64,000 nucleotides of DNA from Lama guanicoe. Its lineage: Eukaryota. The position numbers and the translations under genes were made by a program. Shown piece by piece: positions 1 to 13,228 of this stretch (positions are counted from its first letter, which is position 1; the number at the start of each line of letters is the position of its first letter). The notes beneath the pieces are model-generated. The model searched no databases. It was given only the letters and a program-made list of their open reading frames with translations, and was not told the origin of the DNA. The stretch covers positions 3,622,744 to 3,686,743 of the forward strand of contig MU054212.1 of the NCBI GenBank assembly GCA_013239625.1, given 5' to 3'.

Positions 1-167
1 GTCCCATTTGTTTATTCTTGCTTTTATTTCTTCTAGGAGAAAATTTTTGAAATGTATGTCAGATAATGTTTTGCCTATGTTTTCCTCTAGGAGGTTTATT
101 GTATCTTGTCTTATGTTTAAGTCTTTAATCCATTTTGAGTTGAATTTTGTATATGGTGTAAGGGTGT
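1..167 (-). mobile_element. Young L1 (LINE-1) ORF2 fragment; 5'-truncated end of an element that continues left of the window
   Basis: Minus strand reads stop-free TLTPYTKFNSKWIKDLNIRQDTINLLEENIGKTLSDIHFKNFLLEEIKARINKWD, matching the post-RT region of L1 ORF2. Confidence 0.92.
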
Positions 168-629
168 GTGGCTATCTTAAGTCTAAAAAATGTATAGAGC
201 TTGATAAACCCCACTCAGATATACTTGGCTCAATTCAAAGGACATTCACGTGCTGGCGGTACTGGCATCTGGGCTTTTTCTATTAAACTTCCAAAAAGAT
301 GGGCAGTAACGTGCTGGTAACCACGAGTCCCGTGAGCAGGTGAGAGATCAGGTGCAAAACTGGGAAAGTACCCTCACCCCACTAATGATGGACAGGCCAG
401 ACCTTCACCTGGGATTTGTATCCATTTGCAACACTATGGTCCCAGAATCTCTGCCCCAGACCACCAGACCCAGCAATTTATGATCATCTGCTCATTTTTG
501 TTGACCTCGTTGGTAGCTTGGTGAAGAGACAGATAGACTGGACCAAGTCAACAGAATAATATTGTATTCGTAAATAGTCTAGCAGAAAGCTGTACTTCTA
601 ATTCATGTGTCCTTGGGTAACTCTTATGC

Positions 630-736
630 AAGTGGGCCCCACTTCGGTTCCACAGAAAAAATGAGGGTAGAGCTCAGAAATTTACCTTTTCAATAAATAT
701 CCCTGGCAATTCTTCCAACGTAGGTTTGAAAACCAT
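630..736. mobile_element. MER5-like hAT-Charlie MITE fragment
   Basis: gagctcagaaatttaccttttcaataaatatccctggcaattct...gtttgaaaaccat resembles the MER5A/B terminus. Confidence 0.5.
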
Positions 737-751
737 CAAGTCATTTTTTCT

Positions 752-1375
752 GCTAACTGTATATTTTTAAAAATACCAAATCTATAGAAAATTGACAAAT
801 ATATAGTACAATGAATGCCCACATAAAGTATGTGGTTTAGAGTAGATTCACTAGTTGTCACATTTTCTGTCTCTTCTCTCTCTTTAATCAATCACTTTGA
901 GAATAAGCTGCGATCATAATGACACTTCAAATATTTCAGCTTGTATCACCTGAAAACAAAGACATTTTACTTATAACCATATTGTCACATTTGGGACAGT
1001 TAACACTGACACAAAATATTATCAAATAACAGTCCTAATATTCCAATTTCCCCAGTTGCCTCAATAATGTCCTTTATAGCTTTTTGGGTTTTTTGGGGCC
1101 AAGATCCAGTCAAGAATCCTTCCGTCTTTTTTGTTTCATGTCACTGACGTCTTTGAAGAGTATAGACTGCTTTGAAGAATGTCCTTCAATTTGAATTTGC
1201 TTAATTGTTTCCTGATGATTAGACTTACACAGTTTTATCAAGATAACATGCCCGTTTGTTCATTATTGATAATGCTAGGTTTTATCACTTAGTGGAGTGT
1301 CCATCATATTTCTCTATTTTAAAGGTGCTTTTTCTCTTTGTAATTAACAAATAATCTGAGGGTGACACTTTGTAA
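752..1375 (-). mobile_element. Old L1 3' UTR fragment (L1MC-like)
   Basis: aaatatttcagcttgtatcacctgaaaacaaagacattttacttataaccat and aatttcccagttgcctcaataatgtcctttatagc resemble antisense L1MC4/5 3' ends. Confidence 0.7.
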
Positions 1376-4369
1376 CTAACTACTTATTTTTTTGCATAAG
1401 AATTTTCAATGAGGTTGTCTACTATAATTAATTCAACAATCACGGATCTCTGTTTTCTCTGTAGTTATAATAGAAATCAATTAAGTTTTATTGTAATATT
1501 TTGCTCAATATTTTCCTTTGTATCTTGAACACAGTATTAGAACAAGTCTAATAAAGCCATCCTTTAATACTAGTTTTTCTACATGCCCAGAATTTAAGAT
1601 ATAAACACTTTTGTCTCCTAAATAATTTCAAGTTTCCAAAAATTAGTGTTTGGCAGGAAATGTTTTCTTATCCATAGTTCTTTAAATTACCTTAATTTAT
1701 TAAGTGTGAAAAATGATGGGCCCCTAACATGTTTATCTTTGTATTCTTAGTCCATCTATAAATAAAAGGTTATTTCATTCTGCTTCATAAATCCTATGGA
1801 TATTGAACAATTTTATAGGATGACTGATTCAGTTTTTTAGTAAATGAAAAGACAATGCATTTCAAGTTATCTTTTAAGCATTGCCGAAATCCAGCTGTTG
1901 CAGAATATGGTCTCTGGTAGATTTGAAATACACCGAAGAAATAATGTGACAAGCAGTATCTAGCACTGACTTTGAATGAAACTTGTCCCATCCCTTTAAG
2001 TCAAATATTGTTTACACAGATATTTGACTATTTAATCTTACATGCTCAGGTAAGATTTATCTATTCGGCTGTAATGGGTATGTTTTGTCATAGCAAACTA
2101 CAAATGTCTCACTTATTTCATTCAACCCTATGTCATCGTATCTCTAAGAAACCTAAGAAACCTCAGCTGTGAATAGAATTCTATTATTTAAAGAATACTG
2201 GGATTTATTTTCCTCCAAAAACTGTTAGTTTAGAAAGCAACTGATTCTTTCTGTAGGTCCTTACCATTTGGTAGTTTCTCCCACCACCATGTTGATCCAC
2301 TTAATAAATGACTGGCGGACAACTGGGATACGAATTAGCTCAGTCATTTCCAGCCTTTGGCAACAGGAGGCCAGGGCCGCTGCCCTTGGCTCTGTCAGAG
2401 CCCTAGGAGAGTACTCACGGGAGGAACCGTCACTCAGTGGTGATGAGCATCATCCACTGGTCCCACTTCCACGCCATAAACTACCACCCCTGCACCAAAG
2501 TCCCTTCGCATTTTGTCGCCCTGTTTAAGTGGTAGTTGCTGATGAAGTTCAATACGACAAACACTTGTTAATCACCGCCTATAAGCAAAGCAGCATTAAG
2601 CACTGATGGAGGTAATAAATGCAGTCCCTCCCTTCAAGTAAATTACAAACCAGTAAGAAAACAGGATAATTTTTTTTTAAGTAGCAATATTACATCTCAG
2701 TTTGTGGCAAATGCCAAAAAAAAGGGGGAAAGAATGGCATAAAAGCTATGAAATTTTGAAAAGAGAAAGAGAAAATTGTCCATTAAACTGAGAACTAGGA
2801 ACCACCCCTCCAGGTGTTCTGAGAATATGGGATTTTCCGAGGATACGAGATTATAGAAAGGCTTCTGGGATAAACTATGCTGAAAGCATCACAGCTTTTA
2901 AGCCGCAGAAAACCTGTCACAGTTGGGAAGTTAGCCCTCACTATTTTAGGCAGATCATATTTTTGTAACTTTCCAAATCAAAATGACAAGATTTGCACAC
3001 GTTCATTCATTTTACCACTCAGTACATTCTATTAAATGGCTGCTAGAAACTGGAGCCCAGGCTAGGACCAGGTGGTGTAACAGTCAACAAGACAAGCGGG
3101 TTGGGCGGTGCAGACGTAGAAATGCAGCAATTTCGCTGCCATCGTCTGCAGATGCAGGTGAGAGGCGAGGTCAAAGGAGGAACACCTCCTCCATTCTGGA
3201 GGTTTCAAAGACAGAGTTGCAGAAAGGGACACTTCTGGACTTCAAGCTCAAGCAGCAGTATTTCAGCGTGGAAAACAAAATAAACCAAAGCCCTACCTGT
3301 GCCAAGCACTGTACTCCCATGTCAGCAGACCCTCCACTTAACAGGTATCTGGCTCTAAGGAAAACCGTTTGCCCGCTAGTGAGGACAGAAGTAATCTTCA
3401 CTTCCCATTATAATATTATTGATCCACAAGAATGCAGCATGCTGCTCAATCTAGAAGGCATTCTTTAACCGTCAGATTGTTCTAGAGATATTAAATACTT
3501 GTGCAAATTCAATCAGCCCTTGGTCAAGTAATGTGCACTGGTGGTGGCCAGCTGGTCAAGTATGGATTTTATTTTAAATAAAAGAGAGAACAAAATTATT
3601 TGTGATCATTAGGATTTTCACAGCATTTGTTTAGGAAATGAAGTACAGTCTACTGGTAGGTGAAAAAGATCACAGAGGTCTGCACACTTAGTAAACACAG
3701 CGGTGATGACCCGATTTCCAATCTGATTTAGGAACCGCAAAGACAATCTCGGCTCTGCTCAAGGGGCCACTGAAGCTCATTTTGGATGATCAGCGAAGTG
3801 AGGGAGGTTGAACATTCTCAGCGCAGCAGTTCAGTGATCTCAGCAGTGCCAGAGACAGCCAAAGAGATTTGTTCGAGTTAAAGAAATGAGTATTTGGAGC
3901 TGCTTCTGTAGCCCTCAGGGGAATATTTTTCCGATTTGCTGATATGAACTAAAAAATAAATGCATCACATTTGCCAAGGTCTCTACACAATATACAGTTG
4001 AAAGAGGCTCGACAGATTTCATAAGGGCACATGTGATGCTTGGTGTCTGTGAACTCCTGTGTATCCATCTGAATTGTTCCCTTGCCAAACCCCATGTAAG
4101 AAATGGGGGACAGGATGGCATCTCTTCCTGCCTCTCTGGGACCCCTTCTACCAGCAGCTCTTCTGCTCTACTGACTTCTCCGCAGCATTTATCCATTCTC
4201 GTGTCTCAGATTATTTAAATATGAGGGGTATTCGGCATGCTCCTCCTGGCTTCTCTTGCGTTGCCCCTGACATATCCTCTGCAATCACCGTCTGAACTGC
4301 CTTACCATGCAATGGTTCTCCAGCCCAGCTTCCACCCCCACATTCTGCTCCATCTGCTCAGACAACGGT

Positions 4370-4970
4370 CACCAATGGCCTCCTCAATGCTACAGTGGAC
4401 GGACCCTTCCTGACACCTTGTTATTGACCTCTTGGCAGCATCTGACTGGCGATCACTCTTTTAGTCCAAATAACCTTCTTTGGCTCTTGAAAGGTCCCCA
4501 ACTCATTTTCTTTCCGATATCACCAACTATTGCTTCTCTCTGCTGGCTCCTTTCCCAACTCTGATAGCACTTAAACAGTGTGGTCATTCACCTTCTTCCA
4601 TCAGTCCCTACAAAGCTTCAATTATCTACTTTCACCTGGTGAGCCCCCAATCCACGTTACCAGGATAGGATCATCTCCTGAGTGCTATACTTGTTAAGGC
4701 CACCTGCCTGTGCCCCAGCTCCACTGAATGTCACATAAGCTCTTCAAACTCAGTATGACCAAAACCAACACTGTCATTTTTCATTCTGGATTCTCGCCAC
4801 TACTTATGATTGATCAGACTCACCTTTAGGGAACGTGTTCTGCCCATCACTGAACTTTACACATGCATTTTGTTTAAAACCGATCTATTCTACTTACTAA
4901 ATTCTAAGCTTTCTGGGGAAAAGAGCTCTGCCTTACTCACTTTTGTATCCTCGGCACCTAGCAATGCCAT
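4370..4970 (+). mobile_element. L2 LINE fragments (RT region plus 3' end)
   Basis: 4423-4446 translates IDLLAASD, a decayed L2 RT LDLSAAFD motif; 4895-4970 matches the L2 3' end (taagctttctggggaaaagagc...gtatcctcggcacctagca). Confidence 0.75.
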
Positions 4971-5579
4971 AATCATTTGGGAGCTCTAAACGAACGGATG
5001 GAATGAGGTGAGGTCCACGACACACTTGATTGTTTTGCACTAAAAGGATGCACATCAGAGAAGAGTCCCAACACATGGTTGGAGGTGTTCCTGGCAGAAC
5101 TGCTCAATGAGGGATCTCTTTTATTTCTCCTGGCAGCTCTCACAACACTGCCGTGTGCCCCAGTGTCTCCATCCCAGGCAGGTACAAGAAGGCAATCCCA
5201 GGAGAACATGAAAGGAAAGAAAAGTGCCCATCAGGGTACAGCCATGAGGAATGAGTGTGTTTACAAAGGAAACAGACTCATGCTCCAGGGAGAAGGACTA
5301 GGTCTTTCTTCTTTTTTTGATATTTAACATTCAGCAGCCAGAAAGCATTCTGTGGTAATGGATAACAGCCTTGAAATATGTGAGAAGATTTTAGCATTAA
5401 GCCTTACAAATCACAAAAAAATGTCAAAAGAAATACATTTGGTTGGAAAGATAAAAGTGCTGTAGGGTAACAGCAGGACTTCCAGCCTTCACAAGTTGCA
5501 CACGTACCAGTGTCCAACCGCCCTTGGGTGTTTCTAGCCCATGTTAAAATAAAGAATTCTGCCGAAGATTTTAGGAGGG

Positions 5580-6145
5580 GGAGGAGGGGCACCTCACCCG
5601 GTCTACCGGAGGCAAAGAGAGTCCTGCCTGAGAAAGTGAAACTTCAGCCAAGTTTCAAAAAGTTAACTTTGAAATTGGATGTTGTAAGCAGGAGGAAGAA
5701 GCTGTAGTAAGGCACGGGGGAGTAAATATGACATCTCATTTGGGGAACTGAGACAAGTTTGGCAGGACTTAGATTTAATGTGGGTGTATGGGAGGTGGGA
5801 GAGAGGAAAGGAACAAAGCAGGAAGCACCCTGGACGTTGTGTTTTGTAGTTTGACATACATGGTAGACAGGAGCCACAGAGGGGTTTCGAATAGGAAAGC
5901 GACATGATCAGGTTTCTATTTTAGAAAGACAATTCTGGAGCCAACATACGCGATACTCTGGAGAGGAATATGCCTCGAGGCAGGAAGACAAGAAGACCAT
6001 TGCCATCACTGGGCAAGAAATCAGGTTTAGGGAAAGAAGGCAAAGGAACTGATTCAACAGTAATCCAGGAAGTCGAATCACGTAGGACCTTGTGCACTGT
6101 GGAACAAACTAGAAGGCTGCAGGATGATTCCAGGGTTCTGGCTTT
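5580..6145 (-). mobile_element. L2 LINE fragment
   Basis: Purine-rich antisense L2 hallmarks: gacatgatcaggtttctattttagaaagacaattctgg, ggatgattccagggttctggctt. Confidence 0.75.
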
Positions 6146-6698
6146 CGTTTCATTCAGTCATTCAGAATACAGATTCCCTAGAATTACAGATGAGTAATTT
6201 AGAGGATGTGCCCTTAAATTACTCTCATTGTGACACAGGACATCTCACGCTGTGTGACTCAGGGAGTCAGGGTCTCATAAACATGCCATCCCTGGGAGAG
6301 CTGGGGGAAGGGAGAGGAGAAATAAGCAACTTGCATTCAAATAAAGATATTTTATATGTGAATATTATTTCCACTGATTTTCAGATATTCAAATCAGGTT
6401 TTAAAATGTTTTAGCCTGTGAAAATATGACTTAACTTGAGAATTTTTAATCCTTTCACAAATCTGAGCTGTCTGGCTAGAAGGGAACATATGAGTCGTTT
6501 TTCATCTACTGACCACAGTGTTTAGGTCAGTTATTGGCAAAAACAACGAAGTATCATGTAAAAAAATTAAACTTGCGAAAATATATAAGCTATCTTGAAA
6601 TAGAAAACCTGGTGGCAGAGTCCCTCCATTTCTTTGGCACATGGAAGCTAGATGTAGCATCTGCAGAGTGTGTTCATACAGCTTTTCCAGAGATGCCT

Positions 6699-7763
6699 TG
6701 TGAAACCACAATCTCACTCACATGAGAGCCTTAGGAGAAGCCAGATTCCACACCTCCACCCTTCAAAGTTCTCACATAAGAAAGATCTGAAGTCATAACA
6801 TCTTTAAGGGACTTTGGAGAGAGATGAGATGCCACTCATGGAATGTCAATGCCTGCCAAGGGGCTCTGCCCGGGGCGTATTCATGAAAGAAGATGACCAA
6901 CAGTCATGAAAGTCTTCAGCCCTTTCAACAAAGTATCTCAAGGCAATAATAGAGAGGAAAGACAATCCTCTGAGTCTGTAAATAAACAAAGAACTCGCAT
7001 CCCCAGAGACTCGCCCTTCTTCATAAACGCTTTTCAAATGGAGATCATATTGTCTCCAGGGAAAGGACAACGAAAGAAGAGGCCATGATACCACCCTGCC
7101 TGCTGCCATATGTCTGCTCCAGGAGAGGATAAAACTCTGAATGAGAGCCATGTGAACCAGGGACGAGAGCCCTCCCTTGGATTTATGACCAACCTGCTCT
7201 TCATTTTCACCCAGTTGAGGGCACTCATGTTCTTAATAAAATGCTTTGAAATCCTGACATGAGAAACACACAACATTATCATCGCAAAAATCCGTAAAGT
7301 TCTCAGTGCTTCACCAGTGATCTCAGTGAAACCACAGAACAACCCAATAGGCTCCCCACCTTATTTAAAAACAAGCACAGAAGAACATCTGGACTCAGAG
7401 AAAAATGGCCTCTCTTATAAATCGCTTTCCTGGTCATAACACAGACCTTACCTGCAGTTACCTCAGTGCAACATCGCTCCCTCTGATCCAGCGCCCGAGC
7501 TCCTGACAAGGTCAAGCACACTACATCTCAGCAGGCATCAGCTCGTGACTCCTTTTCAACAGCAATACTTTTGAAATGACTGATGCGGACACCCAGGGGT
7601 TCTTAATGGACCTGCTGCCACCACCACAATGGATACTGTTTAAGGAGCTGTCTCTCATATTTGCTGTGCAAATCATTTCCCTACAAGTGTGGGTTTATTG
7701 ATCTGAATAAACCACCCTTTGAGGTAAAGAAGGTAAGATCTTTGTTAGTCACCGGATATTTCA
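6699..7763 (+). mobile_element. Possible old solo LTR (family not determined)
   Basis: Starts TGTGAAA, ends TTTCA, AATAAA at 7706-7711 near the 3' end; no clear TSD. Confidence 0.3.
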
Positions 7764-7864
7764 GTACCAATAAAGCCACACTTTGGAGAATGTGTTCTCT
7801 TTCAGGTCTGTTGCCTCTCATTTTGTTTGGTTTGCTTTGGTTTTAGCTTTGAGTCTGTTAACCC

Positions 7865-7987
7865 CTCTAAGTGTAGGGTTAACACCATTTAGAAAAAAAG
7901 GTCTCCACCCTTATTTCTTTGCAACCTCTTCTCAGCACCTGGTACAATGCTTGGTACAGAGCAGGCATGTTAAATGAAGATTTATTG
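7865..7987 (+). mobile_element. L2 3' end
   Basis: ctcagcacctggtacaatgcttggtacagagcaggcatgttaaatgaagatttattg. Confidence 0.65.
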
Positions 7988-9662
7988 TACTCCCAGTCCA
8001 ACAGCTCGCCACATACCTAGCATTAGGACACCACATACTAACATGCTAGGACGAGAAATTAAGAAGAATGAATAGAAAGGATCTGTATCAAAGGTTCATT
8101 TCAAGCTGGTTGAAGTTAAATAGTGCCGTTTCACTGGGCCATAATGATTATGGGAAGATATGAAAGGGGACGCTGTACTGTTATCTTGGCTTTTTATTCC
8201 TAACAGTGTCTTCGCATATAATGGATACTTAATAAATAATTTCTGGATGGATTTCTTTTGTCACAGTCAGTCAAAATGCAAACTCCCAATTCAAGGAAAT
8301 TCTTTTCCACTATGAAAAACTATGTGGGGAAACTTCGTTACATGCCTCTGTCTCACAAGGGACATCAGAGATTTCCAGCATGAAATAAAATGTCTTGTCA
8401 TTTTACCCATTTCAAATCTTGGTGTTCACATCTAGAATTGGCAGAAAAAGAAAGAAAGGAGAAGTCAACCCCCTCCCTGAATTATTTTAGTTTCTTTTTT
8501 AATGGCTGATATTCCTTTTTTTTTTCCATGCTGATTGTCCATCAGCAAAATATCCATTAATTAGGTACCTATACATGCTTTAAAAAACATATTATGTATT
8601 TATAGACGTCTGATTGGCACTTTATGAGGTGGTTCAAGATAGTAGGGCAGGAAAAGATAGGGGTTTGAAAATTGGGCAGTAATAGCAAAGGCTATTAAGC
8701 AATTCTGCATAATTCTCATAGTATTTATTACATATTCTTTAGTATATGCTCAGTAATTAAAATACAATTTAACACAAATAAACCTGGAGATACACCAGAA
8801 GAATTCAGTGTGTTTTACTGCTACTAGGCACATATTTCTCACAGGTGAATGTTGCCATTTTTTAAATATAAATTTTACTGAACAGCTTATATGAAGTATG
8901 TGGTGAATTTCCTGGTTCCAATAAAGTTAAATGGTTCTCTAACAACAAAGCAAAAGGAGTGTCAACATAGTGGCAAATGGTTTCCTGTAGTGAAGAGGGG
9001 CTGGGACCACTGCTGCTTATGAACTTGAGCTAACTAACTAATCAGTTAGTTCACCTTAGGAGGCAACAATTCATAGGATAACTTGCTCTCTGTAGAGGGT
9101 TCTGATAAGTCCGCAGTAACTAACGTGTCATAAATGACAATAAAACTGAATTGACTTATTTGCATTTAAGCTTACTATTCCTTTACCTGATGTACCAAAT
9201 TTCAATTATGTTAACATTTCCGGTCTGGGAATAATCACTATACTTTATACTAAGCCTATAAACTTGAGGACTAAGTTATCAGTAATAAATACAAGTCTGT
9301 AGTTAGGTAATAGACAAGAAACAGAAGTAATCAATTTTGATTAGTTATTTTGTTGGAATCTCCTAACATCAAAAATTAGAATAATCATACATAGATGTAA
9401 ACACCCAGCTTGTAAAAGCGATTTCTTATATTGTTTTAAAGTCATGGGCAATTTCCAACTTCTTGATACATCGGAGGGAACACTTGCAAATGTATCCAGT
9501 TTGGCATTTGTGGGAGAAAATCCCTCAGATGCAAAATTTCACTGGCTGCTCAGATACGAAAGTCATTTTGGTTTCACTTAAAAATTAACACATCCTCTCA
9601 CTGACATTTAAGACCAGTAATTGGCTGTGAAGTGCTCAGTGATGCTTTTAGAGGAACTGTGG

Positions 9663-9747
9663 TATATATATAATGAATATAAATGTGGTCTATATGTATA
9701 TCATTTTATATATATAATAATAATATATATAATGATATATATATAAA
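9663..9747. repeat. AT-rich (TA/TAA) low-complexity tract
   Basis: Runs of tatatata and taataat seen directly. Confidence 0.85.
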
Positions 9748-11449
9748 CTTTTCATTTGCTACTCTATTACATCATCCTGTTGCTGGAATGTACTGTATAT
9801 AATAACATTGGAATTATATTGTATGTAATAATACTCTATTGAAAATGGCTGCCTTTTTTCTCTCTTACAGACTTTCAGAAATGGTAAAATTTAAATCAAA
9901 CACCCCTTTGAAATCCTAATAAAACTAGCAGTTGGAGAGCAAAGGGAAAGGATAAAAGGCTCAAGGAAGTACTCTCACACAGATTTCTCTGTCCTTTCAT
10001 TTTTATAGCAGCTGTGGGATGCACCTAGCCAAATTTTAATGATAAATTATAATATGGAAAGAATGAAGAAAAAGAAAGAGAACAGCTAAGGAGGGGAAAC
10101 ACGGGATGCTTAAATACCTAAAGTACATACATCTCTACGTAAAATTTTGTCAATTTTTATGAATAAATTCAGATTGTGGAACAGTTAAGGAAAAACATCC
10201 AGATAAAAAAAGGAAATGGAAGAATCAAGCAATGGTTGGAGAACATATTATATTATCTTTTTTTCCCTTATTTTCAAATGTTAGCCTTCTCGTTCATCCC
10301 CTCAAACATTTAGAAAGGATACAGAAAATAAAACCAGCAACTGTAATCTGTCATCATGCCTTCTGACGTCTATCCCAGAAACACGCTCCAGTTGAAGAAC
10401 GGTCACTTGTAGTTTTAATGTATTTGTTTGAAAAATATTCACTGAGCACCCACTTTGTGTCAGTTTCTTAAGCGCTTCAATTTCACATTACACATACCAT
10501 GTTCCCTCCTGCCCAAACACGTAACAGTGACATCTGGAATTCCTAATCATGAGACACAAGTGATACTGGGGAATACTGGAACTCGTTCTATTAACTAGAG
10601 AGAGCCGACTACTCGTCAGAGTTGTAAGACGTTTTCATTGGATTAAAAAAAAAAAAGAGTGATGTATCAATAGGTGACAACCATATTCGTAATTCTCTTG
10701 CAACATTAAAAGTATGCATTGAAAATTTCTTTCAGTTTATATTAATATTTAGGTGTAAGAATCCAAGGAAAATTATATGTACAAATGTATATATGAAAGG
10801 CTGCTTTTAAGGGCTTTTGCTCAATGTAATACATTGTGTTGAATACACATTTAGAGATAAAGACACAGTCTGATTGCTCTTAATGCCACTTATCAATAAA
10901 GACTGTTTTTAAAACTTGTAGTTCAATGAGGGCTAAACTCAAGGACCATGTTCATTGTAAAACGTATTTAGCGGAGCTGTAATCCTATTCCTCCCCGCTG
11001 CTGCCCTATAAATAGCAGTTTTGATTGCACATAATGGTGGTTTCATTTTTCAGTGAGGAAGGAGGAGAGTTAATGAGAACCTCTCAGTTTTTTCTGACCA
11101 AGGTACAATATGAGAAAGAGTAATCTGGAGAACCTAAAAATGATTGGGTCCATGCAACTTACAGTATTAGCTTCTGGATGTTAAAATTAAAAACAAAACA
11201 AAACAAAATACTACTTAATCTCTAGCATTTAACCTAGGACAAAACTATGCAGAAGTTTTCAAAGAACTTTTCTCTCTCAAAGAGTGCCATCTCTCATGGT
11301 TCTGAAAGCACGGCCCAAGAAAACCTTCTAGGTTAATCACTCGTATTACTTATGCCTCAAATATTAAAAAATGCCTAAACAATGAAGAAAGGTTATCATA
11401 CTACCTTCAGCCAAAGAAGACAATCACCCATTCAGAAAACAAAGAAGAA

Positions 11450-11830
11450 AATGTTCACTGTTGCTTGGAATATGAATTATTATACAATTTGGGGATAGCA
11501 TGATGGCAATGTGCACCAGCAGTGCTAAAACACTCATATTTATTTTTATCTTGGATTTGCATTTCTGTAAAACAATCTGAAATTCTTCAAAATCTGAATA
11601 CCCTTAATATTAAAATATACCAATATTCATTAGAAAAAAATTGAAATAACTATGGCACATATACAGAGAAAATATTACTAAGTCCTTCTAATCACACTTT
11701 TGAAGTTTTCTTTTAAGCTTTATTGATAGATAACGTTTATATAAAAATTCATAGCTAGATGAATTTTCACAGAATAAACACAACATGTGCATTCGTGCCC
11801 CAATCGAGAAACAGAATGTTACCTTCATCC
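11450..11830. mobile_element. Highly decayed old L1 (L1ME-like) fragments
   Basis: cactgttgcttggaatatgaattattatacaatttggggatagc resembles the L1 ORF2 end; 11710-11830 resembles an antisense L1 3' end. Confidence 0.5.
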
Positions 11831-11852
11831 CAATGTGTATAACGCTTAAAAA

Positions 11853-12049
11853 CCTAGCTCTACAAGTGCAGCCCTCAGGCCAACAGCATCAGTCTCCCAT
11901 GGGAAACTGTTAGGCTAACGTGCCAGTTCTAAGATTTCATCCCAATTAGAAGGCCCAGAGATAAAGAGGCCCAGCAAGCCATGTCTTATCAAAGGCTGGA
12001 GGTGACTCTCAGGTATACCACAGGTATACCAAAGTTTAAGAACCACTGG
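11853..12049. mobile_element. MER5A hAT-Charlie MITE
   Basis: cagcatcagtctcccatgggaaactgttag ... ggtgactctc ... caaagtttaagaaccactgg; contains a small caggtatacca tandem duplication. Confidence 0.8.
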
Positions 12050-12799
12050 CCCAGGGAAATACATTTTATTATAAAATAAAAGTAGTACTTACACATATTA
12101 TTTTAATGATGTAAAAATAGGCATAGAAAAAAAAAGAATGGCAGTAAATATGACAAATGATGACAGCAGCTATTCCTAGAGAGTAAAATTGTAGGTCATT
12201 TTTATTTTCTTCTTTATATGTTTTTGCATTATCCAGATTTACTGAAATGATTGTAATACTTTGAGGATACTACTGAACACATTTATTTCAGTCTTTTAAA
12301 GTATGTTATTGTCAGCTAAACCAGAAAAGTGTCTAATGAGGACACTGTATAGTTGTCTGGACTGAACTCACTGCCATTACAATTTCCATTCTGCATACCA
12401 ACATCTACATGTGAGCGATATAAGAGACGAAAACCCCACCCAATTATTCTTTAAATGTTTGGAAGAATTAAAGTACATGTTCACCAACCGAACATATTGA
12501 TAGCTGCACAGATGGAAATAAATATTGCCTTGCCTGAGCATAGGAGGCAATCTTGAAATTGGAAGGCAAGTTAAATCCTCAAAGACTTCACATTTACTAA
12601 GCCCTTTTATTTTAAGGAACGTGACCTTTCCAAAAGAAGCTTTTCAATTCCACTTCTCCCCCAAAGGTGAAAATAAATAGTTCTTTCTCATAGCAAAGTG
12701 GATGTTTGATGAGGGTAGATTAAAAGAGCAATTCAAGTGCTGCAAAACACGGAACCGAACTCTGATGATGGTAAAGTAATTCCAGTAGCTGTTATCAGT

Positions 12800-13228
12800 G
12801 CCCAGCCCGTATCCCTCAGTCCTGTTGTTTCAGAGAGCAGGACTTTCATAAACCAGTACTGGGCATCTGTGTTTGAAGTCTTTTCCAGAAGGCTGCTCTG
12901 TTCCACGGCTCACAGATCATAAGTGCCAAGGACTCAACATTTTGAAGAGCAGCCCTCAACAAATGACTGCTGATGTGGATGTATAAATACCTCAACTCCC
13001 CCCCACCCACCTCGTGAGGTCATTCCAAAGCACACATCTCAATGATTCCCAGAGACTCCCTGTGGGACTATGCTTCTCTCACATGACGGTAACACAGATG
13101 CTTTATGGGCTGCCGCCCTTCCCTGTATGACACCCCTACTTTCTGGCAGGTGTCCCTTGTACCTCCCAAATAACTGACGTGCATCCTTGTCTCAATGTAT
13201 TTCTTTTGCGATGCACACAAGTAAAGTG
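12800..13228 (+). mobile_element. ERVL solo LTR, LTR16-like
   Basis: gagagcagccctcaacaaatgactg...gtataaatacctcaactccc...ctcccaaataa...atccttgtctca follows the LTR16 consensus order (TATA, then polyA region). Confidence 0.8.

Noticed and set aside
2265..2402. 138-nt minus-strand exon candidate (tag|...|gtaagg) with an open frame ALTEPRAAALASCCQRLEMTELIRIPVVRQSFIKWINMVVGETTK
   Set aside because: Peptide not recognised, mediocre acceptor, part resembles an L2 3' end; needs RNA-seq or conservation support
2983..3468. 161-aa plus-strand ORF
   Set aside because: Starts in an L2-like 3' end, no recognisable domain, no convincing exon structure
9187..9255. 69-nt minus-strand exon candidate (LSIKYSDYSQTGNVNIIEIWYI)
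   Set aside because: Weak polypyrimidine tract and unrecognised peptide; such candidates arise by chance
9850..9889. Strong plus-strand acceptor with upstream TGC followed by a 13-nt microexon-like segment and GTAAAA
   Set aside because: Weak donor and length not a multiple of three
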